A stretch of DNA of 64,000 nucleotides, taken from Eledone cirrhosa. Taxonomy: Eukaryota. A program made the translations under genes and the position numbers. The stretch covers positions 106,392,001-106,456,000 of the forward strand of contig OZ024740.1 of assembly GCA_964016885.1 (NCBI GenBank), given 5' to 3'. Below are positions 50,260 through 64,000 of this stretch, piece by piece. Under the pieces are notes generated by a model. That model was not told where the DNA came from. It did no database searches and was given only the letters and a program-made list of their open reading frames with translations. The number at the start of each line of letters is the position of its first letter. Within the stretch, counting starts at the first letter, position 1.

Positions 50260-51927
50260 CTAAACATTGCTTCTTTTCTGTGTTGTAGATTCTATTTTTA
50301 TTTCTATGTTCTCTAATTTACCCTTATGTTCTATTTTAGAATGTTGATGGAGTACAGATGATTCTTTACTATCTTGAAGCTCTCGCCAGTGTTCATTTAT
50401 CCGTTCTTCTATACTACGAGCTGTCTCACTTATGTACACTATATTCTTATGTCTACATTGTCCTTCAGTACATCTTATGCTATATACTACATTTCTAGTT
50501 TTACAGTTAATATGGGGGCTTAGTTTACAGATTATACAATTCTTGTCTATACAGGGAGGTATTTGAAAAGGGTATGTATTGCTAATAAGTGTTTTTATGG
50601 AGGTACCTGGTCTTTCTACTATCTTAATATTGAGTTTATGTTTATCTAGGGCCCTTCTAAATTTGTAAGCTAATTCATCTCTAGAGGTTGTATTGATGAA
50701 CATTACACTCTGGTATTTATTGCTATCATACCATGAGTTTATTCTATTAACCTTGTTCCTAGTTCTTTCTATTCTATTCCAAAATTTGCTCCTATACAAG
50801 GGGCAGGTCCCATTTATATCATTATTTACCATTTTTTCCCATTTGGTTCTGGCTCCTCTATATACTCTGATTTTATCTCTCTGATTGTAACCAGAGAACT
50901 GCATACGGTGGATGAAGTGTTGTATGTGTCTCTCTAGTTCTTTGGGGTTGCACATGCGGGACACGTTTCTCATCACCCGTACCAAATCCGCAATCAGTAT
51001 GTTGATTTTGGTATGGTCCGAAGCAGCTGAGTTTCGGTGGATCAGATATTTGGAAGTCATGGGTTTGGCATAATAGGAATGAAGGATTTGTTTTTTGTTA
51101 TTAATAGTATCTAACCAGAGCTCTGTGTCTAGTACAGGTAATCGATGGTTGGGGTGTTTGCTTGGGTAGTCTATAGTAACTCTAATACTCTGGTGGATGG
51201 AGTTAGCTATTTGCTGGATGCTTTCCATGGTGTTTTTCTCTAATTCCTGACTGTTCTCTAGTGCGGGTGTTTTTACTACGATGTTTATATCATCAACGTA
51301 GCGGAAGTACATTATCAGGGTTAAGAGGTTGCTGTCTTCAATTTGTTCTTTAAGTTTAAGTTTAAGTCTATTGTCCCACCATACCATGAATAGGTTAGCT
51401 ATGTCACCTGCAATGCTAACACCAATGGCTGCTCCCTCCTCTTGGGAATATGTTTTTACATTAATTTTGAACATATGTTCCTTAAGGGTTAATTTTATAC
51501 TGGCCCTCACCGCATGTGCAATCATTTTCTTTAGTTCATCGTGGTTTTCGGGGGTCCGTATGGCTCTGGTCCACCCGTTCCATCTATCTGTGTAGGTTTT
51601 CTTGGCCATTGAGGTAATGGTAGGTGGGATGCCTCTTGCTGGTCTTGTAGGGCACAGGTAGCTAAGGTCATATGTATCTAGATAATCATTAGTATAGGTA
51701 AGTTTAAGTAGGAGTCCCAGCTCACTGGTATCAATCCCACGGAATTCAACATTGTTCTCACTGATCATTTCTATGCTTTTCTCCACAGCAAAATCCACGT
51801 CAATAGATGGATATTGGGACACAACATCCATACTACCTATTATGCAGTTTGTTAGGTCCCTAGATCGGTTACTTTCGCTGATTCTGCTAAGGAGGTCCTC
51901 CGTGCTGTCACATATATCTGGGGACAT
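50260..51927 (-). CDS. Penelope-like RT plus C-terminal GIY-YIG endonuclease (555-aa open remnant of a decaying element)
   Basis: IGSMDVVSQYPSI, QEEGAAIG...IANLFM, YFRYVDD, LPVLD, KPM...SA, Cys linker CIDKNCIIC...C, VVYSIRC...YISETARSIEERINEH. Upstream frameshifted TDKSGR at ~52280. Confidence 0.9.
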   Translation of the reverse strand: MSPDICDSTEDLLSRISESNRSRDLTNCIIGSMDVVSQYPSIDVDFAVEKSIEMISENNVEFRGIDTSELGLLLKLTYTNDYLDTYDLSYLCPTRPARGIPPTITSMAKKTYTDRWNGWTRAIRTPENHDELKKMIAHAVRASIKLTLKEHMFKINVKTYSQEEGAAIGVSIAGDIANLFMVWWDNRLKLKLKEQIEDSNLLTLIMYFRYVDDINIVVKTPALENSQELEKNTMESIQQIANSIHQSIRVTIDYPSKHPNHRLPVLDTELWLDTINNKKQILHSYYAKPMTSKYLIHRNSAASDHTKINILIADLVRVMRNVSRMCNPKELERHIQHFIHRMQFSGYNQRDKIRVYRGARTKWEKMVNNDINGTCPLYRSKFWNRIERTRNKVNRINSWYDSNKYQSVMFINTTSRDELAYKFRRALDKHKLNIKIVERPGTSIKTLISNTYPFQIPPCIDKNCIICKLSPHINCKTRNVVYSIRCTEGQCRHKNIVYISETARSIEERINEHWRELQDSKESSVLHQHSKIEHKGKLENIEIKIESTTQKRSNV

Positions 51928-52294
51928 TTCAATGATGGGGCGTATGATCAGGGAGAGGAAGTAGGAAAGTCTGTAGTTACTAGAAATGTTAGCTCTACAG
52001 ACTGGCCGTGTTGGTGGTCCTGTGACAGGGTCACTGCTCGTTTTATGGTCTTTTCAAAGCCCATACAACGCTGGCACGTCATTGTTCCAGGCCTGGAAGT
52101 TGTTGGCAGTCCTTTTGTTGGGCTGCATTATGTTTGTCCACATCATCATATGGGCATTGAGGGTTTTTCCCTATCCTCATGCTCTTGTGGTGTTACTTCT
52201 CTTGTGTTAGTGATGTGGGGTTGCATTGCCTGGATGTAGTTTGACAGACTGTCAACTGACATTCTGCCAGACTTGTCTGTTGGAAAGCATGTCT

Positions 52295-52722
52295 GTTGTC
52301 TACGAAAAACAATAACATCTCGACAACTACACTTCATAAAAGGATGTGCCTCGTCCCGAGTTTACACCAACACCATCAACACCGATGTAAGAAGATTACA
52401 ACTCACCAAAAAGCAAGCAGATAGGCTAAAACGAACACTAATTCTAAACATAAAAAAGAAGATTTACAGTGAATTAAGTCATCAAGAAAAACTTAAGCGT
52501 AACCTAATACAAGAAATAACTAAGATCACCACACCAAGAGAAAAATTAATATTTATAAACCTTATATGTCTTGAAGAAAAGTACATTGTTCAAGAATGTG
52601 ACAAGGACTTTAACAAGAAACTAAAGTGGCTCAAAAAGATGAAACTAAATCAAGATACTTTAGAGAATATCGATAGATACCCCGACAAAATTGACGGTAT
52701 AAATATTTATAAATATAAATAA
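52295..52722 (+). pseudogene. Probable PLE ORF N-terminal helical region, inverted relative to the adjacent RT
   Basis: RQLHFIKGC...KKLKWL. Abuts the TDKSGR segment on the opposite strand. Confidence 0.5.
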
Positions 52723-52745
52723 TTTGATTACGTACACTCCGAACT

Positions 52746-53185
52746 AAGAATAATTAATGCATTTACACCCTGTTATATATAGGTGTATATTTAGCCGTAA
52801 CATGCCTCAATCTATTATTTTATTTTTATTTTCGTTATCATTTACCTAAAATATACTGGCTCATTAATATATATCTATATACATAATCGTTATTTAAATA
52901 TTTCTAACAATAAATACTTCAGAAGCTTTACATACCTAATATGTTGGTATCTTCGTTAAAGAATAATTAATACATTTACACCCAGTTATATATAGGTGTA
53001 TATTTAACCTTAACATGCCTCAATCTATTATCTTATTTTATTTTATTTTTATCTTCGTCGTTATTATTTACCTAAAATATACTGGCTCATTAATATATAT
53101 CTATATACATAATCGTTATTTAAATATTTATAACAATAAGTACTTCAAAAGCTTTACATACCTAATATGTTGGTATCTTTGTTAA
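52746..53185. repeat. Tandem duplication of a ~213-227-bp AT-rich unit
   Basis: AAGAATAATTAAT.CATTTACACCC starts at 52746 and at 52959. Confidence 0.9.
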
Positions 53186-53720
53186 AGTTTAAATTTATGA
53201 AAATAATCAACAGTATAATATTTCATTCTTGATGTGCCAGCTAAATCCTTTAAATGTTACCCTCATAAAACTCAGAAGCTTAGAAATGATAAAACACTTA
53301 TTGAATTTATAAAACTAATATATAAATAACCAGCAAAAAATCATGAAATCTTGAGTCTTCACCCTAATATTATAAATTAAATATTTTCAAATTCAACCGT
53401 TTAACTTTCGGAAAAAATCTCCTTCTGCATATATCACCCCCCCCCCCTTATCTTTCCCTCTTTATAAATCCTTTTCCAGTGGCTATCACTGGCTGTTATG
53501 ATTCATGAGATGTTTTCCTAGATATATTGTAGTATCATACATTTTAAAATCTCTATAACAGTTTACATTAAGCAACGTTTTTCTTACTCACACATTATCT
53601 AATGAATTTATTACGTTTTCGCATTTTCTCATAATTAGGGTATATATGTTAAATCTTCTCTTAGGTTAATCACTACCTTGATTAAATCTTAACCATTTAA
53701 CATCTCAGAGTATGTCATGT

Positions 53721-53790
53721 ATCATTATATTTTGTCTGATGAGGACGTACTGTTGTACATCCGAAATATGTATAATAAAATGTAATTGAT
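53721..53790 (+). ncRNA. Type I hammerhead ribozyme motif in a PLE pLTR homologous to 37960-38170
   Basis: ATCATTATATTTTGT-CTGATGA-GGAC GTAC TGTT GTAC ATCC-GAAA-TATGTA-TA-ATAAAATGTAATTGAT. Downstream sequence is colinear with 38030-38170 up to (TA)n. Confidence 0.85.
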
Positions 53791-53921
53791 CAAAAGAACA
53801 TCTATTTTATTAATATTTATATTTTAATATTAATAACTCCGGAAAATTATTTTACCGTAGAGTGCTTCCAATCTACTGTAAAACTCATTCTTTGACATAC
53901 TCATTGAATATTGTTTAACAC

Positions 53922-53988
<67 letters not shown>

Positions 53989-55069
53989 CGACAGGTGTTT
54001 TTGTTAGTTGATTTCACTAGTCTGGAAACCTGGAAGGTTAAATGGTGACATGAATACGTCTTCGATTTCACTGTTTAGTCGATGAATGGTTGATGTCTAT
54101 CTATGATTAAAGAGTTATCTCTTTCAACACACGTGGTTCCACACATGTACACATGTACACATGTACACTCATTACTAATGTATCTATTGACATTTATCGT
54201 CTGCAATATTGGTATTTGACTACTAAATGTGGCTTAACTCTGCTAAACACCGTTTAACACGTATGAGAAATATTTCAATCAATTAAAGACCATCGATAAA
54301 CAAGTAGACATTAATGCTTAACTGAACTCATTAGCCTTTTGATGAATCTGTCGAACTTCACTAGTTGTCCGTTCTGATATATGATAATCGTCTCCATAGT
54401 GCAAGCAGCTTCCCTTGGTATGTCGCCTTGAATGACATCATCGGAAGGTGCTTGATGAGTCTGGTTTCCCATCTCAACTGAAGCATGTAGGCCTTGACCT
54501 TGGTGACGGTAAACATCCAGATGATATAACCATTTTTTTCTTTCGAGATGGGGCAGAGGCGAACCTTTAATTTGGGCCGCCATATACCGTGGCATTTTCT
54601 CATATTTAAACAAACCCGGGCATTACCGTCTGTAATGCAAAGGAACAGAAGATATCTAAATACAGGGATTTGATCAACCATATCCTTTTCGTGCAGGCTG
54701 CTGTCGAAATATCTGGTGACCTTGATCCTGGGCTGCGGTTTTCATCCGCAAAATCGGGAAAAATGTGTCTCGCATGAGGAAGGAGCCTCATTAAACGGAA
54801 GGGGTATTCAGCTTAACCCTCCTTTTTCCCCTTCCTCTTTTTCATTATTTTGTTCCTCACATTTTTATAATTTTCTCCCTCTTCCTGTTTATTTTTTAAA
54901 TACTTTGTTTTAAAAAACCAAACATCCATCATTCATTGTTCAACAATAAATTATCCACACAATCATCTTAACATTCTCTTCGCTAAACCCTATATGCGTA
55001 GCAAGCATTAAAAGAAACACACAGACTAGAAAATAAATTGTTGATTTTTTTACAATTAAAAACTAATAT

Positions 55070-55945
55070 TTAGACGTGTGGGGGTCGGTTGGTGGGAAAG
55101 AGGGTTGTGGTGCAGTCAGTACCACGAGCGCGGGTAAGAGCAGCTTGGATCACGGTGGGTGGGTATTCATTTTGGATGGAGCGAGAAGCCATGCGTGGAC
55201 ACTGAAACTGGAAATCATGGTCCTGGCTGCAGAGCAGACGAAGACGGAAGAATTGTGAGTAGGGTATAGAGAGTTTGGTGTGGGTGTGATAGGAGGTGAT
55301 GTGGAGGTAGGAGTGGGAGTCAGTAGATTTACATGGAAATAGAGAGCGTGTGGTGAGTATGATCGATGGGCAGAAAAATGTCTTAAAATTGAACAAAAGA
55401 ATGAGAGAAGGAAATGGTGAAGGTAAGAGCTGGATAAAAAGACTGAAACAAGGAAAGAAGGAAGTCGAGATATTCACAAGAGTTATAGGTGGCGCCAATG
55501 TAGTCGTCGATGTAACGACCGTATAGCACATGTGTACTGGGAGAAAATCTTCACCTCGACGTAGCCAACGAACAAGTTGGTATAGTTCGTGCCCATTCTG
55601 GTTCCCATGGCTTCCCCAAACCTGATGGTAAAAATGCCCATTAAAAGAAAACCCATTAAGGGTGAGAATGAGCTGAGCAAGACGGAGAAGAGGGGAAGTG
55701 TTAGGGTCAGGTGTACAGCGTAAGTCCAAAAAGTGTCAGAGAGCGCGAAGGCCGTCATGGTGGGGGATGACGGTGCAGAGAGATGTGATGTCCAGGGTGA
55801 AGAGAAGGGGAAGGGGGAGGGGGTAGAAGAGAACGAGAAGGAGTTGAAAGACTAAGAGCATGATTGGTGTCGTCGAAGTGGGAGGGGAGGTCGGTACTAA
55901 GTAGGCGAGGAGGGTATCAAGGTATTGTGAGGTTATTTCAGTAGG
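55070..55945 (-). pseudogene. Degenerate Penelope-like (Neptune-type) RT fragment
   Basis: [22 protein letters not shown]; LLRLAQLILTLNGFSFNG; AMGTRMG..Y..LFVGYVE; KSTDSHSYL; SIPYSQFFRLRLLCS. Confidence 0.8.
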
Positions 55946-55970
55946 TGCAGTTATATATATGTTTATATAT

Positions 55971-56048
<78 letters not shown>

Positions 56049-56061
56049 TTATATATATATG

Positions 56062-56092
<31 letters not shown>

Positions 56093-56133
56093 TTATATAT
56101 ATATGTATATATATATATATGTATATATATATG

Positions 56134-56164
<31 letters not shown>

Positions 56165-56188
56165 GTATAATATATTTATATATATATG

Positions 56189-56277
<89 letters not shown>

Positions 56278-56301
56278 GTATAATATATTTATATATATAT
56301 G

Positions 56302-56622
<321 letters not shown>

Positions 56623-56631
56623 GTATATATG

Positions 56632-56668
<37 letters not shown>

Positions 56669-56817
56669 GTATATATATATGTATATATATATGTATATAT
56701 ATATAAGAACAAAAGATGGTTATCATCATGCAATAATATTTGTGTTTTCATCAGATAAAACATGAAGACATGATATGAAGGTTAAAAAACACTTGTGGAT
56801 AGTTCAGTTTTAAATCA

Positions 56818-57039
<222 letters not shown>

Positions 57040-57044
57040 GTCTA

Positions 57045-57104
<60 letters not shown>

Positions 57105-57164
57105 TTTTTTTATATATATATATATGTAAATATATATATGTATATATATGTATATATATAGATG

Positions 57165-57859
<695 letters not shown>

Positions 57860-57911
57860 GAATTAGCCGTCGAAACGACTTGAGCTCAGCCGTCGGGGTC
57901 TTACTTACTCC

Positions 57912-57966
<55 letters not shown>

Positions 57967-57968
57967 GT

Positions 57969-58024
<56 letters not shown>

Positions 58025-58069
58025 GTATATATATGTATATATATATATGTATATGTATGTATATATATG

Positions 58070-58102
<33 letters not shown>

Positions 58103-58106
58103 GTAT

Positions 58107-58156
<50 letters not shown>

Positions 58157-58371
58157 GTATATATATATATGTATATATATGTATATATATATATGTATAT
58201 ATATGTATATATATATGTATGTATATATATATGTATATATATATGTATATATATGTATATATATATATGTATATATATGTATGTATATGTATGTATATAT
58301 ATGTATGTATATGTATGTATATGTATGTATATATATGTATATATATATGTATATATATATGTATATATATG

Positions 58372-58416
<45 letters not shown>

Positions 58417-58484
58417 GTATATATATGTATATATATATATGTATATATATATATGTATATATATATATGTATATATATATATGT

Positions 58485-58530
<46 letters not shown>

Positions 58531-58725
58531 GTATATATATGTATATATATATATATGTATATATATGTATATATATATGTATATATATGTATATATATAT
58601 GTATATATATATGTATATATATGTATATATGTATATATATATGTATATATATGTATATATATGTATATATATATATGTATATATATATATATGTATATAT
58701 ATGTATATATATGTATATATATATA

Positions 58726-58780
<55 letters not shown>

Positions 58781-58782
<2 letters not shown>

Positions 58783-59685
58783 CTGAGGATGTCTGTCTCT
58801 GTGTGTGTGAGTTTGAATCCCTAAAACTCTAGAAACACCCAACCGACTCTTTTCAAACTTTACACATGTAATACTTATGTTTCAGGGAGTGTTCTGAGCA
58901 AAAGAAATCTCGAATTTTCAATGCCTTGGGGGACCGCATTAGGTGATTTATCCATCTATCTCTATAATTCTTAGTCTTTCTCTTTTTAGATACATACATA
59001 TAACGTCGCGCCCTTATAATATCTGTCTGTATGTCTGGCTGTCTGCATTACGTCACTTCCCTGGGGATGTCTGTGTGTGTGTGAGTGTGTGTGTCTGTGG
59101 AGTTTGAATCCCTAAAACTCGAGAAGTACCCAAACGATTTTTTGCAACCTTTACATGTGTATTTCTTATGTTTCAGGGAGTGTTATGCACATAAAAAAAT
59201 TTTCAAGTTTATCACCTATGTGAAAAACTGCCTTTTTTAAGCTTTTTAGGGTTTTTTGAGGCGTTACGTCAGACCGATTTCCTTGAAATTGTAACTATGT
59301 AGTAGTCAGTCTCTTCGTCATACCGTGAACAAATAAAATCCAACTTTTTTTATGGCCTAGGACCCGTATTATGTAAAAAAACCTCATTTTTGCAGCTTCT
59401 TAGGGCTTTTGGGAGGCGTTACGTCTAGCCGATTTTCCCGAAATTTCAAGGCATATTATGAACATAAAAAAATTCATTTTCTTGATCCTCTAGGGCCCTC
59501 ATTAGGTGAAAACCTGCATTTTTCCTGCTTCATCGAAGAAAATCTTAAAGATTATCCAGCCATCAGAGTATTCGGTTTATTTTCTTTACATATTGTCCTG
59601 GCATGCAGTTTTTCCATGATTAGGTCTGTTGGCGGCCCGCGTTCCAAAATACCTTATCCCGTGCAACGCCGGGTACCACTGCTAG
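58781..59685 (+). mobile_element. Non-autonomous Helitron-like element
   Basis: 3' hairpin CCCGTGCAACGCCGGG (59658-73) plus CTAG (59682-85). The 5' GTCT/GT-repeat segment is internally duplicated (58785 vs 59064). Confidence 0.7.
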
Positions 59686-60804
59686 TATATATACATATAT
59701 ATATCAGTTATATATGTATACATATATATATATATCAGTTATATATATATATATTCATATATTTGTTGCCAATATTACATCACCCGTTCTCATCTTTTAT
59801 TAGGGTGCCTATTTTACCACGAGATATCTCCTTTCCTATCACGTGACTTTCGTCTTGTGTCTTCCACGCCATCTTGTGGGGGTTAAGATGTCTTACTGGA
59901 CTAATTAGATAATCCGATTAGCCACCAGCAACCTTCCTCCCGCTACTATTTTACCCTTTAAAGAACTCACACATACATAAGGACTCCAACAAAAACAAAT
60001 GACACAGGTTAGTAAAAAAGACAAGACATATAATTCGTTATGTCACGTGTCACTGACGGCTTTCTTTATCCTTCTCTAATTTTCCTGTCTCTTTTTTTTA
60101 GAGCCGGAGGTAGGAAACATTTGGTAAGGCCAAGTATTTTGATAGCATGCATACCTGCAGTCATTGTTGGTGTGTTGCCCTAGATCAAGTCAGATCGAGC
60201 AGTCAGACTTATGGTACGTAGATACTCGATCAAATTATTAGGTATAACCTAACAGATAAATCCATTGCTTCAAATAAATCACGCCTCACACAATAGTGAG
60301 AGCCATACTGCACACGCTCGTATGCAATGGTGAATCTTGTGGAATGGTGATGACCAATTTGGAGATGTAGCACCTACTCCGTCCACTGTCATATTTGCAT
60401 CTTTGAATATAACCATGATCATCTATGATTGATCATGGTTATATTCAAAGATGTACCAACTATGATAACCCCATTTAACAAGTAATTTGAGGGACATTTT
60501 GCTGTGATGTTTTTCAATTTTTCTTTTTGTTTGATAAGAGTTTGTGAATTGGACTTTGGCGTTCATGCATTCGAGGTTGATAAAATAGTACCAGTCTAGT
60601 ATTGGGATCGATTCTTTCTCCATATATCTTTCTCACTTCCACTCTCTCATTCTCTATCCTTCTCTGGAAGATATCTACTGAATTCTGACCTTCTTGGAGA
60701 AGAGATAGGATCCGCCAGGTTTAAAATGAAATGCCCTAGAAACACCGTATATCAATACGGCGTCCTACGACTACTTCGTAAGTTACAAGATCATGCATGC
60801 ATGT

Positions 60805-63800
60805 ATCATCATCATCATCATCACCGTTTTACGTCCGTTCTTCCACGCTAGCATGGGTTAGACGGGTTGTCCTGTTGTGGGCAGTGTCTGGTCGGCTGAC
60901 CATGCCTTGCTCATACAGGAACTGATCTGGCTTGATTTCTACAGCTGGATGCCCTTCCTAACACCAACCTCATTTACAGTGAGTGCTGGGTGCTTTTTCG
61001 TGGCGCCTACACGTCCACTTTACAGTGTGGGCTGGGTGCTTTTTTGCCGTGGCACCTCCACGACCACCTTGCGGTGGGGGGGGGCATATTGTTTATATGC
61101 TTCAGCATGTACCCATGGGAGGTCGGGTACCCTGTATTACTGCGTGACGCCAGAAGTCACGGTCGTGTGTCATTGACTTTGAGAGGTGTAGTTGGGTAAG
61201 GTCGGCTTTTATCACCTCATCCCAAGTCATCTTGGATCTCCCCACTCCGCGGTTTCCATCAACTTCTAGTGCTCTGCACCTTTTTATGCAGCTGTCATCC
61301 TTCATACGCATCACATGTCCATACCAGCGTAACCGCCTCTCCTGCACGCAGCATTTGATTCCTCTTATGCTCAGTCTCTCTCTCAATTCCTTTATGCTTT
61401 GTCGTTCACGTATATTACTGTTACACATCCATCGGAGCATGCAGGCTTCGTTTCTCTCTAATCTACGTAAGTCTTCCACCTTCAGCGCCCAGGTCTCACT
61501 ACCATGCAACATCGCTGTTCGGATACACGCATCATACAGTCTGCCTTTCATTCTGAGGGAGAAGCCTTTTGCAGCTAGCAGTGGTAGTAGTTCCCTAAAC
61601 TTCTTCCATCCCGTTCTTACCCTAGTTATTGTACTTTCTGAACACCCACCTCCGTTGCTAATTCGGTCACCTAGGTAGCAGAAGCTGTCTACTGTTTCTA
61701 CAGGGCCCTCCCAGAGATTGGTGGTACTTGTTTCCTGTGGCTGTTTGCTTGCTGTTTCAGCACAGCTGCTGCATGTGAATCCTACATTCTTAATTAAGCT
61801 TCCTGAGATCCCGCTACATCTCTTGTGTACCCATTGTTTGCATTTGGGGCAGAGAATGGAGTTCCTACCTACACCTTTCCTACATAATGAGCAAGGCCAT
61901 TTCCCTGAGGGGATCTGGGTTCTGTTTTCTCGTCTACTTATAAGGACCTTAGTCTTTGTCATGTTGACTTTGAGGCCCTTTCTCTCTAGTCCCTGCTTCC
62001 AGGTTTGGAATTTATTCTCTAGTTCTACCATAGATTCAGCTATGAGTGCGAGGTCATCAGCATACAGGAGTTCCCATGGGCATCCGGTCTTAAACTCCTC
62101 CGTTATTGCCTGCAGGACTATGATGAACAGGAGGGGGCTAAGAACAGAGCCCTGGTGGACCCCAACCTGTACGCTAAATTCCTCGCTATACTCATTGCCA
62201 ATCCTAACTTTGCTGACTGCTCCCCTATACATGGCTTGTACCGCTTTCACAAGCCATTCATCTACTCCTAGTTTTCTAAGAGCCCACCAGATTACTGCTC
62301 GTGGAACTCTGTCAAAGGCTTTCTCAAGGTCGACAAATGCCAAGTAGAGTGGCTTACTTTTAGCTAGGTACTTTTCCTGTAATTGCCTCACAAGGAAGAG
62401 GGCATCAGTGGTGCCTTTCCCTGGTACAAACCCAAATTGCATCTCGTCTATATTCACCCGGTCCCTAATCAGCTGTGCTATAACTCTTTCTGTTACTTTC
62501 ATGACCTGGTCCATCAACTTTATACCTCTATAGTTTCCTCTATCTAGTGCATCGCCTTTACCTTTGTAGCAGTTGACAATGATGCTACTGCACCAATCTT
62601 TTGGTATGGCCCCCTCTAGTATTACCTAGTTAACGATACGTGTGGTTATAGTGTGACCTACAGACCCAGATGCCTTCAGCATCTCGGCAGCTATACCCGA
62701 TGGACCGGTTGCCTTCCCTATCTTCATATCTCTGATTGCCTTACTTACTACGCTGCCGCTGACTTGTACTGCTGGTCCCTCTATAGGGTCTACGTGGGGT
62801 AGGGTCTCTTCTTCCCATGCATTCTCCTCATTTAGTAATCTATCATAATGACTCTTCCATGCATCTTTCTTCTCAGCACTTGTGAGGGCAAGCTCACCTT
62901 TATCATTCCGGATACACTTCTCTCCAATGACATCACAACTATCTCTGACACACTGCCTCGCAATCTTGAATACCTCCTGTTTCTGGTCCTCACGTTGTAA
63001 AACATGCTTGAATTTTCTATCCTCTGCTTCCCTCCTAGCTAAGTATACTTGTCGCCTAGCTTCCCTCTTGGTCTCTATGTAATGTACCCTGCTCCCCCCG
63101 TTCTTCCATTCTTTCCATGCCTGTCTCTTGGCCTTGACTGCTTCATCTACCTTATTGTTCCACCACCAAGTCACTCTCCTCCTGCTTGAGGTCTTACTCC
63201 CGCCACAAACCTCATCCGTCGCCTCTAGTAAGTTATTTTTTAGGAACTCCCAGTTCTCTTCTACGTTAAATGTCTCTATCTGTTCTTCTTTACTGTCGTA
63301 GGCGTTGAGTAAAATATCTTTAAATCTGTTACTGGTTGAGGGGACTTTCAGCTTCCAGATCTTTCTTCTCCAGGTTGGCCTCTGTTTCAGGGCTCGTCTA
63401 GTTCTGACCGTGAGGTCGCTGACAACTAAGCTATGTTGGGATGTACATTCCTCACTAGGGAAGGCTTTTGTGTTTACGACCGTCCATCTGTCACGTCCTC
63501 TGATGAGGATAAAATCTAACTGACTAGAGTGCTCCCCTGATCTATAGGTGATCAGGTGGTTGTCGGGTTTTTTAAAGTTTGTGTTACATATCGACATGTC
63601 ATTGGCGTCGCAGAATTCTAGAAGTCTGAATCCTTCCTCATTCCTTGTGCCAACTCCATGGCCTCCATGTACTCTATTGGAGCCGTCGCAGTGTTTACCT
63701 ACGTGTCCGTTAAAATCTCCTGCAATGATTAGGAAGTCCTTGTCGTCTGTTAGAGCAGTAGTGTGTATTAGGGACTCGTAAAACCTATCCTTAAGTTCGT

Positions 63801-63812
63801 CTGGCAGCCCCG
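60805..63812 (-). mobile_element. Young RTE-clade LINE, 5' part interrupted by a microsatellite/PLE insertion; (GAT)n 3' tail
   Basis: APE motifs GDFNGHVG and SQLDFIL; RT motifs FVDLEKAFDRV, HQGSVLSP, YADD, FCYLG. The frame is continuous from ~63810 to 61102 except one TAG at 62626-62628. Confidence 0.95.
61102..63810 (-). pseudogene. RTE ORF (APE-RT with internal PHD-like finger), single premature stop
   Basis: ORFs 62626-63597 and 61102-62517 are in the same frame. Confidence 0.9.
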
Positions 63813-63814
63813 AT

Positions 63815-63837
63815 TATATAAATACACACACACATGC

Positions 63838-63920
<83 letters not shown>
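63815..63920. repeat. (CA)n/(TA)n microsatellite
   Basis: Read directly from the sequence. Confidence 0.95.
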
Positions 63921-64000
63921 GGAAAAAATATGACCCCGACGGCAGATCTCAAGCCGTTTCGACGGAGTCCAGAAATAGCCGCCAAAACGGCTTGAGCTCT

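Noticed and set aside
54311-54913. Short overlapping ORFs as a host exon
   Set aside because: No recognisable domain or supportable splice structure.
63495-63515. CTGATGAG motif
   Set aside because: Lies antisense within RTE endonuclease coding sequence and has no HHR stems.

Overview
Eukaryotic, AT-rich, repeat-only window with no host gene recognised. The Nin-type and CORE-type tRNA SINEs, RTE LINEs and giant (TA)n tracts suggest a mollusc, probably an octopus; this is an inference. Bases 1-~25,970 are a 53-bp satellite of about 489 monomers with exact phase kept and nested higher-order duplications (5-, 8-, 51- and 158/160-mers). Bases ~26-64 kb are a patchwork of retroelements (Tx1-like, three RTE, several Penelope-like elements [PLEs]), SINEs, Helitron-like elements, a MITE and microsatellites. 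The strongest signal that the ORF track does not explain is a dense cluster of type I hammerhead ribozyme (HHR) motifs. About 10 have canonical CUGANGA/GAAA/NUH cores, about 6 have one-base core changes, and several are half-motifs. They sit in PLE pseudo-LTRs, in a 373-bp palindrome, and in short non-coding 312-bp and ~518-bp retrozyme-like units inserted in (TA)n. They fall into two structural subclasses with covarying stems. All folds were derived by eye and activity is untested.
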